This document shows, one piece after another, positions 29,847 through 40,316 of a stretch of DNA of 64,000 bases. Made by a program: the position numbers and the translations under genes. Origin of the DNA: an uncultured delta proteobacterium (lineage in GTDB: Bacteria > Desulfobacterota > Binatia > UBA9968); the NCBI GenBank assembly GCA_963816145.1, contig CAWFJP010000014.1:512001-576000 (forward strand), given 5' to 3'. Position 1 is the stretch's first letter, and the number at the start of each line of letters is the position of its first letter. Under the pieces are notes generated by a model. The model saw nothing but the letters and a program-made list of their open reading frames with translations, had not been told where the DNA came from and did not search any database.

Positions 29847-30428
29847 ATGCGTCACAGCTTGGCTTTACTACTTTGCGCGATATTGTTTTCGTTTGTCGCG
29901 TGCGCGGAAAAAAAGCCCGTTGCACAGACAGCGGTGGAGCGGGGTAAATATTTGGTGACCATCGCCGTTTGTAATGATTGTCATACGCCGAAGGTCGAAG
30001 TACCGGGCGGCAATCCGGTGTTAGATGATAAACGCTTGTTGTCCGGTCATCCGGAGAAAGCGCCTTATCCAACTTGGAAGCCCGATGACATTAAGCAGCG
30101 CAACGCCATGGCGATGACCAATACCATGCTCACCGCCTGGGCCGGACCTTGGGGCGTAAGCTTTGCGGCCAATCTAACCCCGGATAAAGAGACCGGCATC
30201 GCCGAGTGGAGCGAGGAGCATTTTATTCAAGCTTTGCGCACGGGAAAACATCAGGGTCAGCCCAATGGCCGGGATATCCTGCCGCCGATGCCTTGGCAGA
30301 TTTTCAAATCCATGACCGACGAGGATTTGAAAGCGATCTTCGCCTACCTGCGCAGCCTGCCGCCGGTGAAAAATCAGGTACCCTTGCCCGTGCTGCCGCC
30401 TGCGGCAGCACCCGAAACAAAGCCGTAA
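29847..30428 (+). CDS. c-type cytochrome, probable lipoprotein
   Basis: Signal with VAC lipobox-like site, CNDCH heme motif, GPWG.S.A.NLTPD..TG, PPMPW. Confidence 0.9.
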   Translation: MRHSLALLLCAILFSFVACAEKKPVAQTAVERGKYLVTIAVCNDCHTPKVEVPGGNPVLDDKRLLSGHPEKAPYPTWKPDDIKQRNAMAMTNTMLTAWAGPWGVSFAANLTPDKETGIAEWSEEHFIQALRTGKHQGQPNGRDILPPMPWQIFKSMTDEDLKAIFAYLRSLPPVKNQVPLPVLPPAAAPETKP

Positions 30429-30468
30429 CCGTCGTCGCGGAAGGTTTAAAATCAGCGAGGAGTAAGAC

Positions 30469-30655
30469 ATGGATAAACTGATCGAAGCGAATCTTGACAG
30501 CGGTGCTCCGGCGTGAAGGCTTGGAGCCGCAGGCGGGCGATCTAGAGCAGTTCAGCGAGATCATTGAGCTCTATGTGGAAAATCTCCGGCAGCTGCACTC
30601 GGTGAATCTAGGATCCGAAGAGTTGGGACCGGTTTTTCGACCTGAATGGAAGTGA
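30469..30655 (+). pseudogene. small GatC/AtzG-like amidase partner, one extra base near the start (missed by the ORF track)
   Basis: GAGGAG RBS plus ATG; 187 nt (3n+1); shifted frame reads RILTAVLRREGL...LRQLHSVNLGSEELGPVFRPEWK*. Confidence 0.6.
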
Positions 30656-30667
30656 TGCGATAAGAAG

Positions 30668-30745
30668 AGATCCCTCGCTTTGCTCGGGATGACAGCAAGA
30701 CGGATTAATTGACGCTTCTGTCATTTCGAGCGCAGCGAGAAATCT
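30668..30745. repeat. GTCAT/GATGAC-type REP doublet
   Basis: agatccctcgctttgctcgggatgac / gtcatttcgagcgcagcgagaaatct; relatives at 14746, 26425, 36203-36274, 37480-37547, 60671. Confidence 0.85.
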
Positions 30746-30787
30746 CGTCTTCGCTTGCCAGTGAGCTACAGAGAAGGGAGACTCATA

Positions 30788-32172
30788 ATGGCCGTCGCTG
30801 AAAAGCCGCTTTACTATTTAACGATTCATGAAGCGCAGCAACTGATTCGCGAGCGCAAACTATCGCCGGTGGAGCTGACCCAGGCGGTGCTCGATCGTAT
30901 CACCGCGGTGGACGGCAAGCTGCATGCTTACATCAACCTGATGGCCGATGGCGCCATGACTGCGGCGCGCGCGGCGGAAGCGGAAATCGCCAAGGGCAAT
31001 TGGCGCGGGCCGATGCATGGGATTCCCTTCGCGGTAAAAGACCAACTCGATGTCGAGGGCGCGCAAGCGCGGGTGCGTCAGTTCACGCAGGGCGTGGGCG
31101 ACGCCACCCCGGTGCGCAAACTGCGCGAAGCCGGCGCCGTCTGATGGGCAAATTGCACATGAGCAGCATGCCGGGCGCGGAGCTAGCGCTGCCGCGCAAT
31201 CCGTGGAACACCGACCATATCACCGGCGGCTCGAGCACCGGTTCCGGCGCCGCAGTGGCCGGCGGTTTGTGCTTGGGCTCCCTTGGCGAAGACACCGCTG
31301 GATCGATTCGTAATCCTTCGGCGTTTTGCGGCATCGCCGGGCTCAAAGCCACCTATGGGCGGGTGAGCCGCCATGGCTTGGCGCCGCTCAGCTGGTCCCT
31401 CGATCACTGCGGGCCGATGGCGCGAGCGGTTGAAGATCTGGCGCACATGCTCAACGCCTTGGCCGGCTACGATCCCAAAGATCCGACTTCGAGCGCCCAA
31501 CCGGTGGTCGATTACACCAGCGCTTTGCGCGGAGATGTGAAAGGCATGGTGATCGGTGTGCCGCGCGACTATATTGACGAGTGCGCGCCGCGCACCGATC
31601 CCATCGTCTTGAACCGCGTCGATGAGGCGATCGACCAGCTCAAAGCGCTCGGCGCGCGTATCGAAGCCGTCAAAGTACCGACGTTGCATCTCGCCACCAT
31701 CGCCAATGCGGTGATTTACTACAACGAATTCTGGGCGGCGCACCGTAGCGTGGCAGCGGAGGTTTTGAAGACCGGCGCGGCGCAACGGCGCGCGCGGATC
31801 TATCTCGGCCTGTTGACCAATTCCTCCGACTACATTCAGGCGCAGCGGATCCGCAGCCGCTGCCGTGCCGAGTTCGCGGAGGTCTTTCAAAAAGTCGATT
31901 GCTTGGCGCTGCCGAACCAAAACGGACCGGCGCCGCGGGTCGAGGACGTCGGACCCATCGACACGCTGTTCAAGCATGTGGTGCCGGAGTTTCACGGCCC
32001 GTTCAACTTGACCGGCCTGCCGACCTTGTCGGTGCCCTGCGGTTTCTCGCAAAGCAATCTGCCCATCGCGCTGCAAATCGTCGGCAAGCCGTTCGATGAG
32101 GTCACGGTGCTGCGCGCCGGCTATACCTATCAACAGCAGATGAAGTGGTACGAGAAACGGCCAGCGATATGA
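30788..32172 (+). pseudogene. amidase signature (GatA-like) enzyme, 1-nt frameshift at ~31141
   Basis: GP.HGIPFAVKD, then AGAV|LMGK in another frame; GGSSTGS and DTAGSIR.P catalytic motifs. Confidence 0.88.
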
Positions 32173-32208
32173 TTTAAACACGTTCAAAGCGTTCAAGCCG
32201 TTCAAATC

Positions 32209-32393
32209 GTTTTATTTTATATATTTTTTTTATTTTTTTAATATATAACTTATTAATATGTTTTATTGTATAATATATAGTTAATTATAATATTTTAGTA
32301 TAGTAATGATTTGAGTTTAAATTTTTTGTACTGCGAAGTAATTAATAGGTATTGATGAAAACATATTGATATCTAGTTTTTACTTTATTTTTT
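32209..32393. other. extremely AT-rich low-complexity tract (~13% GC)
   Basis: About 24 G+C in 185 nt by hand count; T-rich and C-depleted. Confidence 0.9.
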
Positions 32394-32418
32394 CCAAGAC
32401 GTGCAAGGGGAAATTAAG

Positions 32419-32763
32419 ATGGATATTCAACGGATCAATCCGCGCGAGTGGAATTGCAATGCGGCGGTGTTCGGCGACCTGGTGTTTTGCTCGGGCATGG
32501 TCGCCGACGACAAGGCCCTCGACATGAAGGGGCAGACGGCCCAGGTGCTGAAAAAGATCGACGCCGTGTTGGCGCAAGCGGGCACCAATAAGTCGCGCAT
32601 CTTGAGCGCGACCGTGTACATGCAGGACGCTGCGCTGAAAGACGCGATGAACGAGGCCTGGATGGCTTGGGTGGATCGCGCCAATTTGCCGACCCGGACC
32701 GCCGTCGGCGCGGTGTTGACGCCCGGAACCATGGTCGAGATTACCGTCTGCGCGGCCAAGTAG
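32419..32763 (+). CDS. RidA/YjgF family protein (YoaB-like)
   Basis: SGMVA, QT.QVL.KID..L..AG..K..I, MNEAW..W....P.R, VEI. Confidence 0.92.
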   Translation: MDIQRINPREWNCNAAVFGDLVFCSGMVADDKALDMKGQTAQVLKKIDAVLAQAGTNKSRILSATVYMQDAALKDAMNEAWMAWVDRANLPTRTAVGAVLTPGTMVEITVCAAK

Positions 32764-32977
32764 CTTCCTGCTATCGCCTGGGCGGGATTCCCCAGGCGGA
32801 ACTGGTCCGATCTGGGCGAGGAGAATGGGGCTTATCCTGGGTCAGATGAGGCCCTAACCGCCCCTTGCTATTCGTTTTGCTTTGAAATAAAACCGGGCAC
32901 CGAAATGTCGCTTTTTCTCCACTGGTGGCATTCAATGGCTGGGCGAAAAGTTTAAGGATTTTCAAAGGATGAGTGCA

Positions 32978-33178
32978 ATGGCCGAGCAACTTTTGACCCT
33001 CGAACAGGTGGCTGAATACTTGAACGTCGACAAGTTCACGGTTTACCGGCTGTTGGCGGACAAGGACCTACCGGCTTTCAAGGTGGGCAACCAGTGGCGC
33101 TTCAAACGCAAGATGATCGAGAACTGGCTGATTAAGAATTCCAGCGCCAATCGCAAGAATTCACCGCGCGATCATTAA
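32978..33178 (+). CDS. HTH_17 (excisionase-like) DNA-binding protein
   Basis: LLT.EQVAEYL.V...TVYRL.....LPAFKVG.QWRF. Confidence 0.9.
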   Translation: MAEQLLTLEQVAEYLNVDKFTVYRLLADKDLPAFKVGNQWRFKRKMIENWLIKNSSANRKNSPRDH

Positions 33179-33226
33179 ATTCGAACCGTTTTCGCCTTCA
33201 CCTGTGGCGCCCGCGAAGGGTGCTTT

Positions 33227-33613
33227 TCACTCGGCTTCTCTACACACCGCTTCGACATTGTAACCGTCAGGATCGAGGACGAAGGCGCCGTAGTAATTGG
33301 CGCTGTACTGCGGCCGCGCTCCGGGTTTGCCATTGTCTTTGCCGCCGGCCGCCAACGCCGCCTCGTAGAACGCGTCGACTTTAGCTCGCTTGTTCACTTG
33401 AAATGCAATGTGAGTCGTAACCTTGCCGGGGTCGCCCTGGTAGATCCATAGATCGGCGCGCGGCGGCTCGCCAAAACCGGCGCTGGCCACGGGACGCGCC
33501 GGCGTCACGCCATACTCGCGGACCATCTGGTAGCCGAGCGGTGTGAGCGCGGCGGCATAGAACTGCTTACTGCGTTCGATATCGCTGACGACGAGGCCGA
33601 TATGGGCGATCAT
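33227..33613 (-). CDS. VOC family protein
   Basis: HIGL.VSD..RS..FY, HIAF, GG.DNG.PG.R, YYGAFVLDPDG.NVEAV. Confidence 0.93.
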   Translation of the reverse strand: MIAHIGLVVSDIERSKQFYAAALTPLGYQMVREYGVTPARPVASAGFGEPPRADLWIYQGDPGKVTTHIAFQVNKRAKVDAFYEAALAAGGKDNGKPGARPQYSANYYGAFVLDPDGYNVEAVCREAE

Positions 33614-33649
33614 GGGTCTTCCTCTCTAGAAATGATTCGGAGTCGGAGT

Positions 33650-33797
33650 ATCTCCCGCCAAGGCGCAAAGACGCCAAGTTCGGAATCGTTGTCATTTCGA
33701 CCAACGGGAGAAATCTTCCTTAGATCCCTCGCCTTCGCTCGGGATGTTGGGCTTCGGCCCGTTACCTTTGCGGACTTGGCGTCTTTGCCGGAGATAT
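33650..33797. repeat. composite nonamer/REP repeat, copy 2
   Basis: Near-identical to 15378-15512, same orientation. Confidence 0.85.
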
Positions 33798-33914
33798 TCC
33801 GAAATGTGGTTGCCGCTCCGGCGCACTAAGTTTATTGCCGTGACATTCGGACGTCGAAAATAATTCTCTGTGATCTCGGTGCCCTCTGTGGTGAAAATTC
33901 TTCCCACTTTGCAA

Positions 33915-34909
33915 TTAGTAGCCGCTGGCGTGGATCTTTTGAATCAAGCTGTCGTCGATGATCGATTCGGGTTTGAGCGATTGAAGTTTGGGATTCGTAC
34001 GCATGAGGATGGAATAAATTTTTTTCACGCCTTCGGGCTTTGGCTTCAAGTCGTTGCTGTAGGCGTCGATATTAGCCATTGTAGCCGCTCTCGGCGTCCT
34101 CGACGCGGGGCAGCCGCAGCACTCGCACCATCGACTTGAGTACCGCCGCTTTGTTCTCCGGCTTCATGAAGAAGCGCATGGCGTCCAAGGTTCCTTGCAG
34201 CATCGACTCATAAAGCTTTTGCTCCTGACGAAAGGTGGCGCGGCGGGCGATCAACGATGAGCCGAGATAGGGAATCGGCGCTTTGGCGAGGTCGAGCAAG
34301 ACGGTGAAGCCTTTTTTCTTGAGCGGCGCGCTGAACGTCGGTCCCATCCATGATGCCTGCGCGCGGCCGGTTTCGAGCGCCTGAATGCGCGACGCCTGAT
34401 CGCCGAGGACGAGGAAGTTGATCTTGTCGCGGTCGGGATCGAGGCCCAAGTAATCCAACGCCAGCATATTATTGGCCCAACCGCCGCCGCCGATGCTTTG
34501 GATGGCAACGGTCTTACCGCGCAGCTCTTCAGCCTTTTTGATTTCTGGCCGGGTGATCAGGTCGCCCTCGGGTTTGTTGATGAGTGTTGCGATGGCAACG
34601 ACATCCACGCCGCCGGCAGCCACGTTCAAGACATTGTTCGAGCTGGTCAGAACCGCTGAGACGTCGCCGGAAACCAGCGCCGACATCGACAGCGGCCCGG
34701 TGCGCATGAAGATCACTTCGACGTTGAGCCCATGTTTGCGAAAAATCCCCTGGTCGACGCCGACCCAGAGCACCGCGGGGTTTTCTCCGGATGTGCCGTT
34801 GGCGACGCGGAAGGTGGTCAGCGTCTGGGCTGCCGCGAGGGATCGCGAGAAGAATCGTGATCAGAGAACGTGCACGATTAAAGGAAAAATCAGCGGCGGA
34901 CAGTTTCAT
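33915..34909 (-). pseudogene. NMT1/SsuA-like substrate-binding protein with two frameshifts (~34840, ~34075)
   Basis: Core ORF 34072-34773; C-terminus LIDAYSNDLKPKPEGV...IHASGY* continues in another frame to the stop at 33915. Confidence 0.8.
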
Positions 34910-35074
34910 GCGTCAATAAGTCTCCTAAATTTGTACTCTCGCCCAGTCTGCTGGGAGAGAGGGGGAAAGTGTTATGTAGGGCAGCTTATCGGTTAGTAAC
35001 AAAGGGCGGGTCTATTCCCCGCCCTTCGAAGTCTTGCCGTCTTCGTGAACGTAATTCGACGGCCGAGTCGGTGC

Positions 35075-36166
35075 TTAGTTCGCCGGCAATCCGTAAAACC
35101 GCTCCGCGTTGCGGTAGCGAACCCCGTCTTTGTCTTCTTTCGTCAGCCGCGGGTTTTCGTCCAGCTCTTCGAGTTCTTCCTTGCAAGTTTCGTTATTGAC
35201 CTCGTGCGGGAAGTCGGACGAGAACACAAACGGTTTGTTGCCGACGACGCTGACGGCGAACGGCAGGGTCAGCTCGTCGCCCTCGACGCCGACGAAGATG
35301 CGGTCTTCGTCGATATGGCGCTTGATATATCCGGTAATCGACTCCTTGTCGCGCAGCTTCAAGAAGCGGCCGCGCGGGTCGTGTTGAATGTGACTGTTCC
35401 AGGCGCGCTCGAAGCGCTCGATGCAGCCCATGAACCAGCCGCAACCAGCCTCCATGAAACCGAAGCGGACATTGGGGTAGCGATCGAACACGCCGCCAAA
35501 CAGGATGCCGCCGAAGTTGACCATCTGGCCGAAGGGATGGCCGAGCGCGTTGACCGGCGCGTACGGCGTCATGTCGTCTAAGCCCATATTGTCATGGACG
35601 CCGCCGTGGATGCCGATGCAGCAGCCGAGACGGTTGGCCTCTTCGTAGATCGGCCAATACTTGTCGTCGCCGAGATGGTTCTGCGCCCCGGCGACACCGG
35701 TGCTGGGCAGCATGGCGCCGCAAAAGCCCAGTTCTTTGACGCTACGGCGCAACTCCTTCACTGCTTCGGGCGGTTCCTGCAGCGGGATCAGACTCAAAGC
35801 CTGAAAGCGCGAGCTTTTGCTTAGGTATTCGTCGTGCATCCAGTCGTTATAGGCCTTGGCCAATTCGATCGCCCAGTCGAGGCTAACGACGCGGCCGAAG
35901 GACAAACCGTTGGTCGGGTAGAGCACCGTGCTGGTCAAACCGACATCTTCCATGAATTCGATCCAGCCGTCGCGGCCGACCTTGGCGAAGGCGCCCTCCG
36001 GTAAGGTGTGCGCGTTGGCGGCATGCAAATGGTCGTTGGGCGGATAGGGACCGCGCGCCGAGCCGAAGCGTTCACGGTAAATCGCCGGCATGCGTGCCGC
36101 GATCTCGCTGTGAGCTTCGACAACATGGCCATCGCCGTCGATGATTTTGTGTTTTTTGTTAGTCAT
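35075..36166 (-). CDS. amidohydrolase_2 family protein
   Basis: IIDGDGHVVE, HGG, MEAG.GW, SSDFPHE. Confidence 0.93.
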   Translation of the reverse strand: MTNKKHKIIDGDGHVVEAHSEIAARMPAIYRERFGSARGPYPPNDHLHAANAHTLPEGAFAKVGRDGWIEFMEDVGLTSTVLYPTNGLSFGRVVSLDWAIELAKAYNDWMHDEYLSKSSRFQALSLIPLQEPPEAVKELRRSVKELGFCGAMLPSTGVAGAQNHLGDDKYWPIYEEANRLGCCIGIHGGVHDNMGLDDMTPYAPVNALGHPFGQMVNFGGILFGGVFDRYPNVRFGFMEAGCGWFMGCIERFERAWNSHIQHDPRGRFLKLRDKESITGYIKRHIDEDRIFVGVEGDELTLPFAVSVVGNKPFVFSSDFPHEVNNETCKEELEELDENPRLTKEDKDGVRYRNAERFYGLPAN

Positions 36167-36292
36167 GGTTTTGCTCCTAAAGGCTCTTACCTGTCCTTAT
36201 CTGTCATTCCGAGGAGTCAAGCGACGAGGAATCTCGTCTTAGCGGTCGAGATCCCTCACTTCGTTCAGGATGACCCACTCGTAACGAGAGGG

Positions 36293-37381
36293 TCAATTTG
36301 CAAGTTGATAAAACCGCTTCGAGTTGCCGAACAGGATCGCGTCCTTGTCGACCTGTTTGAGGTTGGGATTCTCGCGCAACTCTTGGAGTTCGTGCTTGCA
36401 GGTCTCGGCATCGACTTCATGAGGATAGTCAGTGGAGAACAGGTATGGCTTGTTGCCGGTAATGCGCACGGCCTCGGCGATGCTCAGCTCTTCGCCTTCG
36501 CAGCCGACGAAGATGCGTCCCTCGTCTATGTGGCGGTTGATATAGTCCTTGATCTTCTCGCCTTTCTTGAGCTGGAGAAATCGGCCGCGGGGATCGTGCT
36601 GCACGTGGCTCTGCCAGGAGCCGTTGAAGCGCTCCATGCAGGTGAGCAGCCAAGCCGTTCCCGCTTCCATAAAGCCAATGCGCAGGCCGGGGAACTTGTC
36701 GAAGACGCCGTTGAAGATAATGCCGGCGAAAGCGATCATCTGGCTCATCGGATGGCCCAGCGCGTTGGGCACGGCGTAAGGGCTCATGTCGTCCATCAAT
36801 AAATTTTCATGGGCGCCGCCGTGGATGGCGATGGCGCAGCCCAAGCGTTCGGCCTCGCCGTAGATCGGCCAATATTTCTGCGAGCCCAAGTGCGGCATGT
36901 TGACGCCCATGGACGGCAGCATGGCGCCGGAGAAGCCGAGATCGCGAACCATGCGCCGCAGCTCGATGACCGCTTCCGCCGGCTCTTGCAGCGGGATCAA
37001 GCCCATCGCCTTGAAGCGCGGGCTCTTCGATAGATAGGTGTCGTGCAGCCAGTTGTTGTAGGCGCGGGCGAGTTCGATGGCCCAGTCGCGGCTGACGATC
37101 TTGCCGAAGGCGAGACCGGCGCTGGTGTAGAGCACGGTGGTGCCGATGCCGACATCTTCAAGAAACAGTTCCCAGCCCTCGCGGCCGACGTTGGCGAAGG
37201 CGCCGGCAGGCGTGATGTGACGGTTCGCCGAGTGCAGATGATCGATGGGCGGAAACGGGTTCTTGCCGCGCGCTTCGGAAAAACTCCTGGCGATATATTC
37301 CTGCGGCATGTACTTGGTGATCGACGCGATGTCCTCGACCACATGGCCGTCGCCGTCGATGATTTTCTGTTCGGTGCTCAT
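36293..37381 (-). CDS. amidohydrolase_2 family protein (tandem paralogue)
   Basis: IIDGDGHVVE, STDYPHE; extensive identity to 35075-36166. Confidence 0.93.
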   Translation of the reverse strand: MSTEQKIIDGDGHVVEDIASITKYMPQEYIARSFSEARGKNPFPPIDHLHSANRHITPAGAFANVGREGWELFLEDVGIGTTVLYTSAGLAFGKIVSRDWAIELARAYNNWLHDTYLSKSPRFKAMGLIPLQEPAEAVIELRRMVRDLGFSGAMLPSMGVNMPHLGSQKYWPIYGEAERLGCAIAIHGGAHENLLMDDMSPYAVPNALGHPMSQMIAFAGIIFNGVFDKFPGLRIGFMEAGTAWLLTCMERFNGSWQSHVQHDPRGRFLQLKKGEKIKDYINRHIDEGRIFVGCEGEELSIAEAVRITGNKPYLFSTDYPHEVDAETCKHELQELRENPNLKQVDKDAILFGNSKRFYQLAN

Positions 37382-37628
37382 GATCTCTCCCTATGATTGG
37401 GTTTGCCTCGATGCCCTGTTTTATACTGAAAAAGGGGCGAAGGTCCAGAAGGTAAATCAGGGGGTGGCCCTTGGTTCGACGAGATCCCTCTCTTCGTTCG
37501 GGATGACGCCTACCCAAGAATTGTCATTTCGAGCGCAGCGAGAAATCTATTCGACTTCGATCGCAAGAGTGCTGTGAAAGTGAAGCACGGCCAAACTGGC
37601 GTGATCAACCTTCTGTGCGCAGCCAGTG

Positions 37629-37664
37629 AAAAAGAAGCCCCTCGGCTCGAACCGAGAGGCCTCC
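37629..37664 (-). terminator. intrinsic terminator of the aldolase gene
   Basis: Minus strand ggaggcctctcggttcgagccgaggggcttc-ttttt. Confidence 0.7.
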
Positions 37665-37694
37665 TGTCTTACCTTGAACCTTGAACGAAAGAGC

Positions 37695-38669
37695 CTAGGC
37701 GCTCTTGCGCGCGGGCTCTTTCGCCAGCGGGTATTTTGCACAGAGCGTCTTCCAATACGCCGCGATCTTCTTGCTGTTGTCTTTGACTTCATCCGGCACG
37801 ATTCTCCAGGGCGCGCGCAGCGGACCGGCGGTGCAGTAGTCGGCCTCGTTGACGGCGAGTTTGAAGACGTTTTCGCGCCAGACCAGATTGCCGATGTTCG
37901 GCCCGACGCGATTGACGCCTTCGAGATCAAGACAGATCTGCTTGGCGAGTTCCCAGTTCTGCGCAAAGCAGGCATCGCGCAGGGTGATCACCGGTGACGG
38001 CCCCATCCAGACGTTGAACGACCAGCAGCCGGCCGCGCCCATTTGATAGTACGGATACATCTGCGTCTGGTTGACGAAAAGGCTCATCTTGCCCTTGGTG
38101 ATGTTGGTCAACTCGACGAACTGCAGCGGGGTGCGGTGGCTGTCCTTCATGGCGACGATGTTGGGTTTCTCGGTGAGTTTCTTAAAGGCACTGACCGGAA
38201 TCGTCACGCGATGATGCGTCGGGTTGTGGTAGATCATCACGCCCAGTTTCGGCAGCGCATCGGCGACATCGTGATAAAACTGCACCGCGTTATCGACGCT
38301 CGCTTGATAATAGAAGGGCACACCGAGCAACACGCCATCGGCGCCGGCGTCCTGGGCAAACTTCGCCTGGCGAATCGCTTCGCGCGGATTTAAATTCGTA
38401 CAGCCGATAAACAGCGGCACGCGCTTCTTGTTCGCCGCGACGGTCGCTTCGATCAACTTCTTATGCTCGTCCCACAAGAGCGTATGAAACTCGCCGAAGC
38501 TGCCGGTGGTGGTCAGAACATTACAGCCGCCGTCCGTGATAATTTTGTCGACCGTGCGCGTCAGTTCGTCGGTATCGACCGTATCCGTCGCATCAATTCG
38601 ATCTCCATCCTTCTTGGTAAACGCCGGCATCATGGTCATGATGCCCTTAAGATCGTTGGAAGTGATCAT
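37695..38669 (-). CDS. DHDPS/NAL-family hydratase-aldolase (NahE/PhdJ-like)
   Basis: TVD.DE..R.V, GSFGE (NahE-type GxxGE), IYHNP, Schiff-base Lys in AMKDS. Confidence 0.85.
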   Translation of the reverse strand: MITSNDLKGIMTMMPAFTKKDGDRIDATDTVDTDELTRTVDKIITDGGCNVLTTTGSFGEFHTLLWDEHKKLIEATVAANKKRVPLFIGCTNLNPREAIRQAKFAQDAGADGVLLGVPFYYQASVDNAVQFYHDVADALPKLGVMIYHNPTHHRVTIPVSAFKKLTEKPNIVAMKDSHRTPLQFVELTNITKGKMSLFVNQTQMYPYYQMGAAGCWSFNVWMGPSPVITLRDACFAQNWELAKQICLDLEGVNRVGPNIGNLVWRENVFKLAVNEADYCTAGPLRAPWRIVPDEVKDNSKKIAAYWKTLCAKYPLAKEPARKSA

Positions 38670-38962
38670 GAAATTCTCCTTGAGTATATTTTTGCGGATT
38701 CTCTAATAGGCGGGGTGAGGAGTCAAGGCGGCGCGACGCGATTGGCGGCAGAAGGTGCTTCTTTTTACAACGCGCCATTTTTAACACGCACGGTGACTGT
38801 CAACGATCCAGTCGCCATTCGTTGGGCAAACAATTTTGCAAAATCATAAGCGGCGCTGGGCAGCCGGTTACAGAGCGACTGCTGACGAATTCCGCGTCCG
38901 ACGGCAGGTTTGTGGCAACGACGCGCCCGCGGAGATACGGCACAAGACCAGAAAGCGCGCGA

Positions 38963-40294
38963 CTAGCTTTGCGACCCCTCAGGTTTTGGCGCGCATACCG
39001 GTCCTGCGTTTTCTTGGCCTGTCTTGTCTTCATTGAGAGGAAAGTTGTTTGACAGCAACCGCCCCTGCATTGCCGCCACCTCATCGAGAGACGACAACAC
39101 TTCTTTGAACGCAGCCTCGGGCGTGATTGCCATCAAGCAGCGATTTTCCTGGCAAGGCGATTTTTTGCCATTGTAGACAGAAACGCACGGGCTGCAGGCA
39201 AAATGGCTGTACATGTCTTTGTGTTTGTCGCCGATCGGGCTATAGAGGCGCGGTGTTTCCGGCCCGAAGAATACCAACGTCGGCAAACGCAATAGAGAAG
39301 CGAAATGAGCCGGACCGCTGTCATTTGTTACCATAACCGCCGCCAATGAATAGAGCGCGAGCAGTTCACGAAAGTTTGTCATGCCCGTGAAATCGACGCA
39401 GCGCGAACTCTGAACTCGTTCGAGGATATATTTGGCGTCCTCTTTCTCTGATGAAACGCCCGTGATGACCAGCGCGCAACGAGGGATTTTCTCTAAGAGC
39501 TGACAACATAGTTGGCCGTAATTCTTGAGCGGCCATTTTCTCAGTGGAAATATGTCCGATGAGTTAGGGTTTATTAGTATGACAATGCTGCTATCCGGTT
39601 CTATGCCGGCTGATCGCAGCTTATGACGGACGCTCGTCAGGTCGGCGGCTTCCGGTATATGCTGCAGACCGGTTAATTCTCTTGGGTTTACTGAACCACG
39701 GTAATAAGGCTCGTCGTTCGGCTTTTGGAACAAGCTTCTTACAAGCGACGTAAAGGCCGCGCTAGTGTGGATGTGGGGTGAATAGAGCACTCGGTGCGTA
39801 AGGAGATCGCCACGGTATAGACCCTCGTCGTTATAGCGGTGAAATCCGACGCGGTTGCCTCGGCAAGCAACAAAGCTGATCAACATCGTCAACCGGCTAA
39901 AAAAATCCATGTCGATCGTGCTGTCGATCCGCTCTTTGAAAAGTCGCTGCATTGCTTGCAAGCCGCTCTGCATCAATGTCCCAAGCGTGCGATGATCGAC
40001 CCTGATGATATTTTCGCTCGGCGCAAGCTTTAGGATTTCCATGATGGCCGCGTTTTTCGCAAAAACCAAGAAATAAAACTTAACATCCGGACAACGACGC
40101 TTAAGCTCTGCCAACGCCGGGTACGCCAACACCGTGCTGCCCATTTCCGAGAGCTTGATAATTAAAACCTTCTGCGGCTTGGGCAGAACCGGGTTCGGGC
40201 GGATAATAGAGTCGATGCGACGGATGAATGAAAAGATCCAACATAGCGGGATCCCGAGGTAACGGTCGATCCATCTCAGCGTGTCAATCTGCAT
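38963..40294 (-). CDS. glycosyltransferase family 9 (heptosyltransferase-like)
   Basis: IIKLSEMG, LRKWP, TNDSGPAHFA..L..PT..FFGP. Confidence 0.9.
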   Translation of the reverse strand: MQIDTLRWIDRYLGIPLCWIFSFIRRIDSIIRPNPVLPKPQKVLIIKLSEMGSTVLAYPALAELKRRCPDVKFYFLVFAKNAAIMEILKLAPSENIIRVDHRTLGTLMQSGLQAMQRLFKERIDSTIDMDFFSRLTMLISFVACRGNRVGFHRYNDEGLYRGDLLTHRVLYSPHIHTSAAFTSLVRSLFQKPNDEPYYRGSVNPRELTGLQHIPEAADLTSVRHKLRSAGIEPDSSIVILINPNSSDIFPLRKWPLKNYGQLCCQLLEKIPRCALVITGVSSEKEDAKYILERVQSSRCVDFTGMTNFRELLALYSLAAVMVTNDSGPAHFASLLRLPTLVFFGPETPRLYSPIGDKHKDMYSHFACSPCVSVYNGKKSPCQENRCLMAITPEAAFKEVLSSLDEVAAMQGRLLSNNFPLNEDKTGQENAGPVCAPKPEGSQS

Positions 40295-40316
40295 GAAGTT
40301 ATACCTTCGCCGCCGG

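Noticed and set aside
31142-31144. TGA as selenocysteine or programmed readthrough in the amidase
   Set aside because: The conserved sequence continues in a different frame and no slippery site is evident; a 1-nt deletion explains it.
32978-33178. Excisionase-like gene as a prophage/ICE marker
   Set aside because: No integrase, att site or phage genes nearby; stand-alone HTH_17 regulators are common.
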